A stretch of DNA of 53,939 nt from the NCBI GenBank assembly GCA_025993875.1, contig JAMQHH010000009.1, positions 1 to 53,939 on the forward strand, given 5' to 3'. Source of the stretch: Candidatus Dojkabacteria bacterium (GTDB taxonomy: Bacteria > Patescibacteriota > Dojkabacteria > J137). The notes beneath the pieces are model-generated. The model had not been told where the DNA came from, searched no databases, and saw nothing but the letters and a program-made list of their open reading frames with translations. Shown piece after piece: positions 8,501 to 16,248 of the stretch (positions are counted from its first letter, which is position 1; every line of letters begins with the position of its first letter). A program made the position numbers and the translations under genes.

Positions 8501-9284
8501 AGGTGCACCCGAAAATTGTGTCTAATCTGGTTGTAAAAATTTCAATTTCTCCGGGTAAAGTCGAAGTGAATTCACCTTCAACCTTAAATTTTACCTTTGT
8601 ACCCTCACTTTTACCTATCCAGTTTCTTTGTTGCTGTTTTGTTCCTTCGGGCCAATCTACTCTTTCGAGATCTTTATCCAGTCTATCGGCAAAATCTGTT
8701 ATCTTAAAAAACCACTGAGACATCTCTTTTTGTTCGACAAGGGTATCGCACCTTTCGCATTTGCCATCTATTACCTGTTCGTTTGCCAAAACAGTTTGGT
8801 CTTTTGGACACCAGTTTACTGGTGCAAGTTTTTTATATGCTAATCCTTTTTTGTAAAGCTGCAAAAATATCCATTGAGTCCATTTGTAATAATCGGCTCT
8901 ATGTGTTCCTACCTCTTTATCCCAGTCAACACCTATCCCAACTTTATTTATCTGCTCAATAAAATTAGCCACAGACTCCTCGGTTTTTATATGTGGATGA
9001 ACCCCTGTTTTTATGGCAAAGTTTTCGGCCGGTAATCCAAAGCCATCCCAGCCCATCGGCATAATTGTTGTAAAACCATTCATTCTGTAATATCTTGCAA
9101 CAATATCGTTCGCAACCATTCCCTCTACATGCCCAACATGCAATCCATCTCCCGAAGGATAAGGAAAAGAGTACAGAGAATAAAACTTCTTGGTATTGCT
9201 ATCAATTAAACCCGCTGAATAGATTTTATCTTTTAACCACTTTTCTCTCCATTTTGTTTCGAAGTCACTTGGTTTGTATTCCAT
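5529..9284 (-). CDS. leuS: Leucine--tRNA ligase with three inserted domains (Nudix, unknown, nucleotidyltransferase)
   Basis: FPYPSGDGLHVGH (HIGH), GWDGFGLPAEN, editing motifs TTRLDT and GTGAIMAVPAHD, LRDWLVSRQRYWG, TMDTFVDSSWY and KMSKR. At 1251 aa it is far longer than a typical bacterial LeuRS. Confidence 0.97.
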   Translation of the reverse strand: MEYKPSDFETKWREKWLKDKIYSAGLIDSNTKKFYSLYSFPYPSGDGLHVGHVEGMVANDIVARYYRMNGFTTIMPMGWDGFGLPAENFAIKTGVHPHIKTEESVANFIEQINKVGIGVDWDKEVGTHRADYYKWTQWIFLQLYKKGLAYKKLAPVNWCPKDQTVLANEQVIDGKCERCDTLVEQKEMSQWFFKITDFADRLDKDLERVDWPEGTKQQQRNWIGKSEGTKVKFKVEGEFTSTLPGEIEIFTTRLDTIFGCTFLVVSPENQVIEKYKDVIRNISEVREYVKAAKNKTDLERQMQKEKTGVELMGVKAINPFNQDRLPIFVADYVLNTYGTGAIMAVPAHDERDNEFAVKYNLPVFPVIAKEFGEPKPNEQFVDGVSLVLFNKQNGEYGFIKHKNGFVGLVSGGISDNEDYYQTAKRELMEETGLWDYESIHKLGEVVYAHYYHSGKKINRFAKTQGMLVVLNSAQKKELSLEEHEVGFELVWLSPKEIIESYNAEGTKHWQEILLRGVRLTKNLGLDTKTKIENFPENLFTGKGVLVNSFKKPFRFDYVKSVIVIKEPLIADSDLERLQDKYKISYNRFGYWQGVDFLKTDNSLFIVGYDLKEKDELFIEFNSLNIKWENVFEYVSSAEIYKFSNSTTKEPVNDINLTKSENELLEFIFSKAEIDYSQKSSDTATSEMQDWLLKNELGEKTILYKLRDWLVSRQRYWGAPIPIVYDPEGNIHPVKEEDLPLLLPEDVDFKPTGESPIKASKSFKEIAESKYGKGWYFESDTMDTFVDSSWYFLRYIENKNESEIFSLPKFLPSVTNSESNKSLYQVLETLVGKFAEQKVDYAVFGSVAVSLLNRSPHKELGDIDFFISKDSIDTAKKILETIGCNFESESENLYVTLKNDQRGQILAFKKGDLEVELIEVEWDKKIWEQRVLVPFNSSIAYIAPLNSLINHYKRRENTQLINFLEAQNTQANLWLPSDLYIIGTEHTVLHLLYSRFFTKFFFDQGYINFDEPFTKMRHMGLILGPDGRKMSKRWGNVINPTDEVNTFGADTLRMYEMFMGPFEEAKPWNNRAENGVFRFLKKVWELKDRVKTEMINLEVAKKQEVALHKLIKKVSSDIENLSFNTSVAKFMETVNYLGEFEFVKKDLFEILLKLLAPFAPFITEELWSILGNSYSIHQSSWPEAREELLKDETVKIAVQINGKVRGTIEVSTEALEWEVMAMAKEEKNIAKYLDGGIKKIIYVKGKILNIVV

Positions 9285-9300
9285 TTTTCAAAGATAAGAA

Positions 9301-9504
9301 TTAACGAATTTTAAAATCTTTACAAAGATTAAGTGGGTCGGCATTTAAACTTCCAGTTCTTATTATAAGTTGATAGCAATATTCATTTTTAAACCAATCC
9401 TGGTTTCTAATTCCAAAAAAGATTAAAGTTAATGAACAGCAACACAAAAGGCAACAAAAAGGTATAATGCTTAGCATAAATCCTAAAAGAGTAATTGTTT
9501 TCAT
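9301..9504 (-). CDS. Small Cys-rich single-pass membrane protein (hypothetical)
   Basis: ATG start, hydrophobic N-terminal half with CCLLCCC, and ends 16 nt upstream of leuS in the same orientation. Confidence 0.45.
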   Translation of the reverse strand: MKTITLLGFMLSIIPFCCLLCCCSLTLIFFGIRNQDWFKNEYCYQLIIRTGSLNADPLNLCKDFKIR

Positions 9505-9565
9505 AATAGATAGTTGGTTAAATAATTACAATTATATTATCTAAAGGCAAATTAGAAAAGAGTAT

Positions 9566-10987
9566 ATGAAAAAAGCTAAAATCTGGGTGTTAGCGCTATC
9601 TGGACACGGTCCTTCGTGTTTGGACAGTTTAATTATGGATCATAACATTATGACCTTTTTAATGGTTGATGATTTTGGCGGTGATACGAAAACGCAGATT
9701 CACTTTATCGAAACAATGTTTAAAATCTCTCAAGAACCGAACGGTGTTGAAGAGATACAAAGAATCTCAGATAGTTGGAAAAAACTTTACCCAAAAACAT
9801 ATAAAAAAATTGAAAGTATAAGGCCTCCCGGCGATTTAAAATCTAACCAGATTAGATTTGCCCAATATTTAAATAAAGGTGAAAAGGGAAAAGAAATTTC
9901 TGAACTTCTTTTTTTTAGAAGCAATAATTTTTTAGAAGTAAAAAATGCAACTTTAAAGCTTTTAACTATTTTAAACGTTAGCAACAACCTAAAAAAAAGA
10001 GCTGACCAATTTTTAGAGATCTACCAAAAATATCTGGAGGAGTTTACAAATAATAGCATTTTAGACACCAAAACTTCGGTTGGGAATCTTTTTAACAATT
10101 TTTTAATGTGCGAATACTTTGGAGAGGATAAAAAGTTTTTTAACGAAATTAAGCGCCTAAAACTTTTACCTAAACATGTTAGGTTTGAATTTATCTCCAA
10201 AACCAGAGCAATCCTTGTTGCATCCGACTCTCAAACTACCTTAATAGGAGAAGATGTTATCGATAAAAACAATAATCCTATAACACCGCATTCTTATACT
10301 TTAGTTGATAAATCACCTCCATTTAACAAAAAAGTGGAGATTAAACTGGATGTTTTAGAAGAGTATTTTAAAAAGGCCGAATTTATTATTATTCCACCCG
10401 GTTCTATTGCTAACCAGCTGCCTTTAATAAATGCTATTGCTCCAAAGATAATCAGTTGGGGAAAACCGGTTTTTTGGATAATAAATTCGTTTATTCATAA
10501 TGGAGAGGCCGAGGTAATTGAACTTGTTAGATATTTTTATACAAAGCAAAATGGGTTAGGTGTAGGAATTAAACCGATTATCCTCTCTCCCAAGCTCTCT
10601 CCATACGAATTTTTGGGAGAATCAATAAAACAGGGTAAAATCTCGTTCGAGATAGCAATTCATTTTATAAATGAATATATTCTGCAGTCCAAAAAGCCTG
10701 TAATGGTAACTAAACTTTTAATGGAAGAGCTTGAAAAATTTCCTTTGGCTTCTAAACGAACATTTTCTATAATTGATTTTATTTTACAAAAGCCCGGCGA
10801 AGGAGGCATAAGGTACAGCCAGGAACAACTAAAAAGGATTTTTGAACTTATTACCGATATAGTAAGAAAAGAAAAAGATACTAACAAAACCGTAGAATTT
10901 TTAAGAAAAATTTTTGGCGATAATATGTATCTAAACCAAAGCTATTTAGAAGAAAGTTCGAAGGAACAACTTCCTCCAATAATTTAA
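9566..10987 (+). CDS. Divergent CofD/YvcK (GlmR, UPF0052)-like protein
   Basis: LSGHG, VDDFGGDT, RPPGDLK and IIIPPGSI correspond in order to the family motifs GGGTG, DDGGSS, PPGDxR and GPGS. Confidence 0.55.
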   Translation: MKKAKIWVLALSGHGPSCLDSLIMDHNIMTFLMVDDFGGDTKTQIHFIETMFKISQEPNGVEEIQRISDSWKKLYPKTYKKIESIRPPGDLKSNQIRFAQYLNKGEKGKEISELLFFRSNNFLEVKNATLKLLTILNVSNNLKKRADQFLEIYQKYLEEFTNNSILDTKTSVGNLFNNFLMCEYFGEDKKFFNEIKRLKLLPKHVRFEFISKTRAILVASDSQTTLIGEDVIDKNNNPITPHSYTLVDKSPPFNKKVEIKLDVLEEYFKKAEFIIIPPGSIANQLPLINAIAPKIISWGKPVFWIINSFIHNGEAEVIELVRYFYTKQNGLGVGIKPIILSPKLSPYEFLGESIKQGKISFEIAIHFINEYILQSKKPVMVTKLLMEELEKFPLASKRTFSIIDFILQKPGEGGIRYSQEQLKRIFELITDIVRKEKDTNKTVEFLRKIFGDNMYLNQSYLEESSKEQLPPII

Positions 10988-10997
10988 TAAAAAAAAA

Positions 10998-11090
10998 GAG
11001 AAAAGTAGTTTTTGGTTCGCGTACACGTCTGGGGCTTAACCAAACGACTTAGTCCGGAAATATTTTTCAATACTTCCTACTACTTTTCTC
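10998..11090 (-). ncRNA. Candidate structured RNA (multi-stem element)
   Basis: 12 bp perfect closing stem, a 7 bp inner stem, and a 9 bp stem with a G-U pair and GAAA tetraloop on the minus strand. Confidence 0.3.
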
Positions 11091-11339
11091 CTTAACAAGA
11101 TAATAACAGGAGCTAAATTTTAGGTCAATGAAATCCTGAGTGTATATTACTATTGTAGAAATAGAATAAAAATATATTGAATATATTTATTTACGTTAAA
11201 ATAAAGAGAAGTGCATTAAGTTTTGGTTCGCTTTCGCTTTGATAACTATTTTTCTCATCGATTGAATTTCTTAAGTATTTTTAAATTAATCTTGAACTTA
11301 TCGGAGAGCTATTATTTACACAAAACCTTGTAACTAGGC

Positions 11340-12839
11340 TTACACGTTTTCTTTTTCCAGATACTGCTTCGCCAGCCTTAGCAGATCTATTTTTTTATTA
11401 AAAGCTGGTTCTTCGACAACTTTATCCAGTAAAAATTTCAAAGTATCTCCAATTGCTTTACCTGCTTGCAGATTAAAGTTTTGCATTAGATCGGTTCCGG
11501 TTATATCGAGATCTGTAACTTTTAAAGCCATATCTTTTGCTCTTACTGCTGAGATTCTCTTAGATAAAATATCCAGTTCCTTTGGGTTAAATTCGCTTTT
11601 AGGATTCGAAGCTGCATCGGCAATTCTAAGTTTCATTAATTTTTCGATTGCTTCTTCTCCTCCCACATTAATAATTAGTCTTCTTATTGCTGCATCGCTC
11701 CAGCCATGAATATTTTTTTCGCGATTATTTTCAATTTCATCTTTCCATTCTTTTAAGAGAGATTCCGAAACATTTCTTTTTCCCTCTTTTTCCTCACGCC
11801 AGTTAACCGATGGATAATAAAACATATGCCATCTTACAAGGCGGGATGTTTCTTCTATTTCAGCGTTAGAAAATTTTAACCGCTTAAGAATCAACTTAGT
11901 CATTTCGGCACCCATTAAATCGTGGCCGTAAAAGTGAACACCCTTTTCATCTTTTAAATAGCATCTTGGCTTTGCTATATCGTGAAATAAGGCAGCCAGT
12001 TTTACCACATCTTCTGCCTCATCTACTGTTTTAACAGTGTGTGTAAAAACATCGTCTACATGGTATTGAGGCTGCATCATTGAAACTCCTTCTAAAAGTT
12101 CAGGTATAAAAAGTTCTAATATCCCTGCTTCTGCCAATAGTTTTAATCCAACCGAAGGTTTTGGCGAATTGTATAAAAGTTTTTCCAGCTCTTCTCTAAA
12201 ACGCTCTATTGAAACCTGTTTTGTTACATGTAAAGTTTGCTTTATTGATTCAAAAGTAGTTTGCTCAATTTCAAACTGCAGTTGCGAAGCTAATCTACAC
12301 GCTCTAACACCTCTCAGTCCATCTTCAGAAAATCTATCAAAAGGATTTCCTACTGCTTTTATTAACTTTTTTTCAAGATCGGATTTACCGTCAAACGGGT
12401 CTACAACATCGTTATTTGGGTCCAGGTCATCTAGCTTTAATAAATCAATTGCAATTGCGTTTATTGTAAAGTCCCTCCTTGCCAAATCATCTTCAATTTT
12501 TTTTGCATATGTTACTTTGGCCGGCCATCTACCATTAATATAATCTTCTTCAGATCTAAAAGTTGTAACCTCTATATCGAATTTTTCGTCAAATTCATCT
12601 GCGCATACTACTGTTATTGTTCCAAATTTTGCACCCGTTGGAATCGATTTAGGAAAAATTTTAATAATCTCTTCGGGATAGGCGTTTGTTGCGATATCGT
12701 AATCCTTAGGTGTTTTTCCTAAAAGCAAGTCTCTAACCGAACCTCCTACCAGATATGCCAGAAAACCATTTTGTTGAAGCGTTTTGGCAGTATCTATAAC
12801 GTATTTGGGGATTAAATTTTTAAAAACAGGAATCTTCAT
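11340..12839 (-). CDS. cca: Class II tRNA nucleotidyltransferase (CCA-adding enzyme) with HD domain
   Basis: YLVGGSVRDLLLG..DYDIAT, DLARRDFTINA, EDGLR, LFHDIAKP, and an intact flexible loop RSEEDY..RWP. Start placed at ATG 12839. Confidence 0.88.
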   Translation of the reverse strand: MKIPVFKNLIPKYVIDTAKTLQQNGFLAYLVGGSVRDLLLGKTPKDYDIATNAYPEEIIKIFPKSIPTGAKFGTITVVCADEFDEKFDIEVTTFRSEEDYINGRWPAKVTYAKKIEDDLARRDFTINAIAIDLLKLDDLDPNNDVVDPFDGKSDLEKKLIKAVGNPFDRFSEDGLRGVRACRLASQLQFEIEQTTFESIKQTLHVTKQVSIERFREELEKLLYNSPKPSVGLKLLAEAGILELFIPELLEGVSMMQPQYHVDDVFTHTVKTVDEAEDVVKLAALFHDIAKPRCYLKDEKGVHFYGHDLMGAEMTKLILKRLKFSNAEIEETSRLVRWHMFYYPSVNWREEKEGKRNVSESLLKEWKDEIENNREKNIHGWSDAAIRRLIINVGGEEAIEKLMKLRIADAASNPKSEFNPKELDILSKRISAVRAKDMALKVTDLDITGTDLMQNFNLQAGKAIGDTLKFLLDKVVEEPAFNKKIDLLRLAKQYLEKENV

Positions 12840-12941
12840 AATAAAAAATAATGATAATACAAAATTATACAGCATACTAAAGAGGAGAACTACTGGTTTG
12901 AGTGCAAACGAAGTTGCTTTAATTTATTCTGTCTTGTTGTG

Positions 12942-13003
12942 ACCACTACAAAAAGATGGCGCCTTGATGGAACTCGCCGTGCCTGCCGGCAGGAACCACT
13001 ACA
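12942..13003. repeat. REP-like GC-rich palindrome cluster, left
   Basis: ACCACTACA twice (12942, 12995), palindrome CCTGCCGGCAGG (12982..12993), and GCCTTGATGGAACTC (12961..12975). Confidence 0.65.
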
Positions 13004-13009
13004 TTTTTT

Positions 13010-14767
13010 CTAAAACGAATAGCACCGCCAGCTTTGTGCCGGTGTCCCGCCGGATCCGCTTTGAATAGCAAAAGCATTACTTTTATTATAGGTTTGACTA
13101 CAAATATCATCGTAATCCTCAATACTCAGTTCGTAATGGCCGGGGTTATCACAGTACCAGTGATCAGAGTTACTTGTTGTTCTACCATATCCTTTTTGTG
13201 TGCAAAAGCCTTCCACCTGAAAATTACCATTACTCATAACAGCACCGTTAGAAAGTCCCGTTCCGTTTTGTAATAAATTTGCGCCCGGTGGAACGGAATC
13301 TCTATCTTCAACCGGTGGAGTTGGCTTTATAATTACAGTTGGTGTAGGGTTAACTGATCTGGCTGTAAAGTTTTTTACAAATCTGTCAAAATCCACAATA
13401 TCGGGTTTGGACTTATTGTTTTCGGCCATTGCTCCAAAACTATTACAACTTTTACTGCTCCATTCAGCAGGACAGCTTGATGTATAAGCCTGTGCAAAAT
13501 ACGAAAAATCTATTATATCTATTTTATTATTTCCATCGGTATCCATCGGACCACAAGGACCGCATCTTCCTCCGCCACCTCCTCCTGTTGTGCAAACCTT
13601 GGCAATAAAGTCTACTGTATTTATATTATCGTTCGAAGAATTAGTTACATATTTTCCTTGTTGATTACTGCAAGTGTTTACAGTATATCCTGTTCCTTCC
13701 GGCATTGTATTTGGTACACAGATGCCTGTTTGTTTTACTCCATTAGCTTCCACAAGACAAGAACTCTCCTTAAATGCACAGCTATAACCGCTAACACACA
13801 ATCCTAAATTTTCGTTACAAGCCTGTCCGCAAGTATTTGTTGCAGGAGCTACATTGGCTGTTTGGCACCTGCATCCTGCACCGCTCGTTAAAGTACATGT
13901 ACACCCTCCTTGATTGGAATTTACCTCTTTATTAAAACATTGCGCATCGGTAGTAGACGGATCGCTATTACATGTTGTTGGTGTTGTACTTCCTCCTCCT
14001 CCTCCGGTATTGCCCCCTCCTCCTGTGTTTCCTCCTCCTGAATTATCTCCCCCGCCGGTATTTCCACCTCCACCCGTATCGGAATCGCTTCCTCCTGTTA
14101 AACAGTTCCATCCCAGCCCAAGGGTACATGCATTAACATAGCCTCCAACAGTGTCTGGCCTATTATTTTTGTCCAGGTTAGGATGTTTTATAGTAACATC
14201 ATCTGCGTCAACATTTACATAAACCCATACTGAGTTCTTATCATCAGTGCCAATCGAACATTTATCAATTGATGAGTAAGTTATTTTTTTCCCGGATTTA
14301 ATAACTCCAATAATATTACTTGAGTCTTTTGCAGTAGTAGTTGAACGGATATTTATTTCTGTTGGAGCATCCGTTGAGCCTGATTCAAGCTTTTTGTCGC
14401 AAATTGTTTTCTTACATTGTACATCAGCCTTACAAAAATATGTACATGACAAGTCGTTTGTAGCGGGGGGGCATGATGTTGCATTAAAGCTTACATATGG
14501 TTTCTCGAATGCTTTACATTTAACCTGTCCACTGTTTGAACAAACAGCTGCCTTTATGGTTTTGTTAAGGCCACAATCTGCACCAGGGTCGTTATACGCA
14601 AGTTCACATTTAACAAGTTTGGGGTCGGCGCTACTATCTTCCGGAGCAATTGAGTTATTAGTTACAAAAAACGAAATTAGCCCAAGCAGAAAAAGAAGGG
14701 TTAACGCAACCAAAAGCTTTAATGCATTTGAGGAAATAAAAAAGATTTTTGGCCTTTTAATCTTCAT
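13010..14767 (-). CDS. Membrane-anchored Cys-rich surface protein with SH3-like segment, Gly-rich linker and dockerin/EF-hand-like module
   Basis: N-terminal TM followed by APEDSSA. INIRS..GVIKSG..WVYV is SH3b-like, there are GGGN(T/S) repeats, and DTDGNNKIDIIDF plus a second PDIVDF form a dockerin-like pair. Ends in a Cys/Trp domain. Confidence 0.7.
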   Translation of the reverse strand: MKIKRPKIFFISSNALKLLVALTLLFLLGLISFFVTNNSIAPEDSSADPKLVKCELAYNDPGADCGLNKTIKAAVCSNSGQVKCKAFEKPYVSFNATSCPPATNDLSCTYFCKADVQCKKTICDKKLESGSTDAPTEINIRSTTTAKDSSNIIGVIKSGKKITYSSIDKCSIGTDDKNSVWVYVNVDADDVTIKHPNLDKNNRPDTVGGYVNACTLGLGWNCLTGGSDSDTGGGGNTGGGDNSGGGNTGGGGNTGGGGGSTTPTTCNSDPSTTDAQCFNKEVNSNQGGCTCTLTSGAGCRCQTANVAPATNTCGQACNENLGLCVSGYSCAFKESSCLVEANGVKQTGICVPNTMPEGTGYTVNTCSNQQGKYVTNSSNDNINTVDFIAKVCTTGGGGGGRCGPCGPMDTDGNNKIDIIDFSYFAQAYTSSCPAEWSSKSCNSFGAMAENNKSKPDIVDFDRFVKNFTARSVNPTPTVIIKPTPPVEDRDSVPPGANLLQNGTGLSNGAVMSNGNFQVEGFCTQKGYGRTTSNSDHWYCDNPGHYELSIEDYDDICSQTYNKSNAFAIQSGSGGTPAQSWRCYSF

Positions 14768-14862
14768 AATAATTTACAATATTGGTAATAATATATCACG
14801 ATGTATTGCTGTTGAAAATAGAAAATGTGTAAAATGATAGGTAATTCAAAGCATGTCGGTCA

Positions 14863-15002
14863 TGTAGTGGTTCGAGAGCCTCACCACTACAATTCGAGAG
14901 CCCTCATTTATCCCGCCTTGGCGGGACCACTACAAAATGTGTTGTCCTGAGGGAACCAAAAATGTAGCCTTGAGGGAACTCCCTGTCTGCCGACAGGCAG
15001 GG
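14863..15002. repeat. REP-like GC-rich palindrome cluster, right
   Basis: Hairpin TGTAGTGGT-N11-ACCACTACA (14863..14891), TCCCGCCTTGGCGGGA (14911..14926), GCCTTGAGGGAACTC (14967..14981) and CCTGTCTGCCGACAGG (14982..14997). Confidence 0.7.
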
Positions 15003-15080
15003 AAAGGCGGCTTGACTTAAAAGTGTTCAGCAGCTATTTATTACTAGAACTGATTTGCAATCGGCTCTCTAAATACATAT

Positions 15081-15602
15081 TTAATCCTCTCTCTCCAGTT
15101 CCTCTGCAGTATATAGTTCCGATGGGTCGGGCACATATTTTAAAAACAAAATGCCGTCCAGATGGTCAACCTCGTGTTGAACAACATGCGAAAAATACCC
15201 TTTCGCTTCTAATACTTTTTCCTTTCCATCTTTATCAAAAAACTTTACTGTTATCTCACTTGCTCTTGCCACCTCTGCAAAAAGCCCTCCGTTGGAAACA
15301 CTTAAGCAGCCTTCCCAAAAAGTTGAAATCTCTGAACTTTTTTTTGTAATTACAGGGTTAATCATAACTTCCCAGATTATTTTTTTACTTTTATTCTCTT
15401 CTTCTAAATCCATTCTACGGCACAATGCAATTCTTTTATTATACCCTATTTGCGGCGCCGAAAGTCCACCGCTATGGTCCTTTACGGTTTCGACCGTTTC
15501 GAGTAATTCTTTAATAATTTTTTGTGTTTCTTTAGAATTGATATCAGCCAAAACCGATGGTGTTGTAAGGATTTTATTTCCAAATTGAAGTATTTTTTTC
15601 AT
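15081..15602 (-). CDS. def: Peptide deformylase
   Basis: GGLSAPQIG, EGCLS and QHEVDHLDG. Start placed at ATG 15602. Confidence 0.95.
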   Translation of the reverse strand: MKKILQFGNKILTTPSVLADINSKETQKIIKELLETVETVKDHSGGLSAPQIGYNKRIALCRRMDLEEENKSKKIIWEVMINPVITKKSSEISTFWEGCLSVSNGGLFAEVARASEITVKFFDKDGKEKVLEAKGYFSHVVQHEVDHLDGILFLKYVPDPSELYTAEELERED

Positions 15603-15608
15603 TCCCAA

Positions 15609-15617
15609 ATTATACCA
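15609..15617 (-). promoter_or_regulatory. Extended -10 promoter of def (likely leaderless mRNA)
   Basis: TGGTATAAT on the minus strand, with 6 nt between it and the ATG. Confidence 0.5.
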
Positions 15618-15738
15618 TAATTTAACCCTTCTCCTTCGTTATAAAAAATACCCAAATGGGTCTTTTTTTTATCAAAAGAATCAAAGTACCGTTAAAATAT
15701 AGTGCTATAATTAATATATCTATAGCACCAAAACATTA

Positions 15739-16248
15739 ATGAGAGACAAAATCGGTATTTTTTTTATAATTGCGGGAATAATTCTTATTGTTTTCTCCTT
15801 TTTAAGGTTCGATCCTTATTTCGGTAACACTTTAACACCCTCAGTAAGCTTTCCTGTATCGGTTCCCGTTATCAATGTAGTCACACCTGTTCCTACAGGG
15901 AGAATTACCCCCGAAGCTGTCTCCACGCAAAGAGAAGAGCCTGAAGAATTTACTGGTGTTTTACTTTACGGATTAAGCCAAAGTGGCTACCTAAAATCAC
16001 AAGAAAACCAAAAAACTATTTTAGAAACCGGTAAATGGAAAGCAACCGACTATTCTGTAAACGATCTAACTGGGAAAGAATACACTGTTCAACTTGGAGA
16101 TACATTATGGGAAATTTCGGAGGGATTTTACGGAACAGGAACAAAATGGGGCGAGATACTTAGTGCTAATTTAGGAAAAATAGGGTTTTTGCCAAATGGT
16201 GAACAAGCATTAATTTACCCGGGGCAAATATTAACATTAAACAAATAA
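15739..16248 (+). CDS. Membrane-anchored LysM-domain protein
   Basis: N-terminal TM; C-terminal YTVQLGDTLWEISEGFYG...LIYPGQILTL. Extended -10 TGCTATAAT at 15703..15711. Confidence 0.85.
   Translation: MRDKIGIFFIIAGIILIVFSFLRFDPYFGNTLTPSVSFPVSVPVINVVTPVPTGRITPEAVSTQREEPEEFTGVLLYGLSQSGYLKSQENQKTILETGKWKATDYSVNDLTGKEYTVQLGDTLWEISEGFYGTGTKWGEILSANLGKIGFLPNGEQALIYPGQILTLNK

Noticed and set aside
10998-11090. T-box leader (AGAGA..AGTAGT start)
   Set aside because: No UGGNACC antiterminator and no downstream co-oriented aminoacylation gene.
12903-12941. tmRNA tag-like GCA AAC GAA GTT GCT (ANEVAL...)
   Set aside because: No tRNA-like ends, pseudoknots or ALAA-type terminus.
13990-14085. Short tandem repeats as a CRISPR or contingency locus
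   Set aside because: They are degenerate codons for a GGGN(T/S) linker. No CRISPR array or cas gene was seen anywhere in the window.
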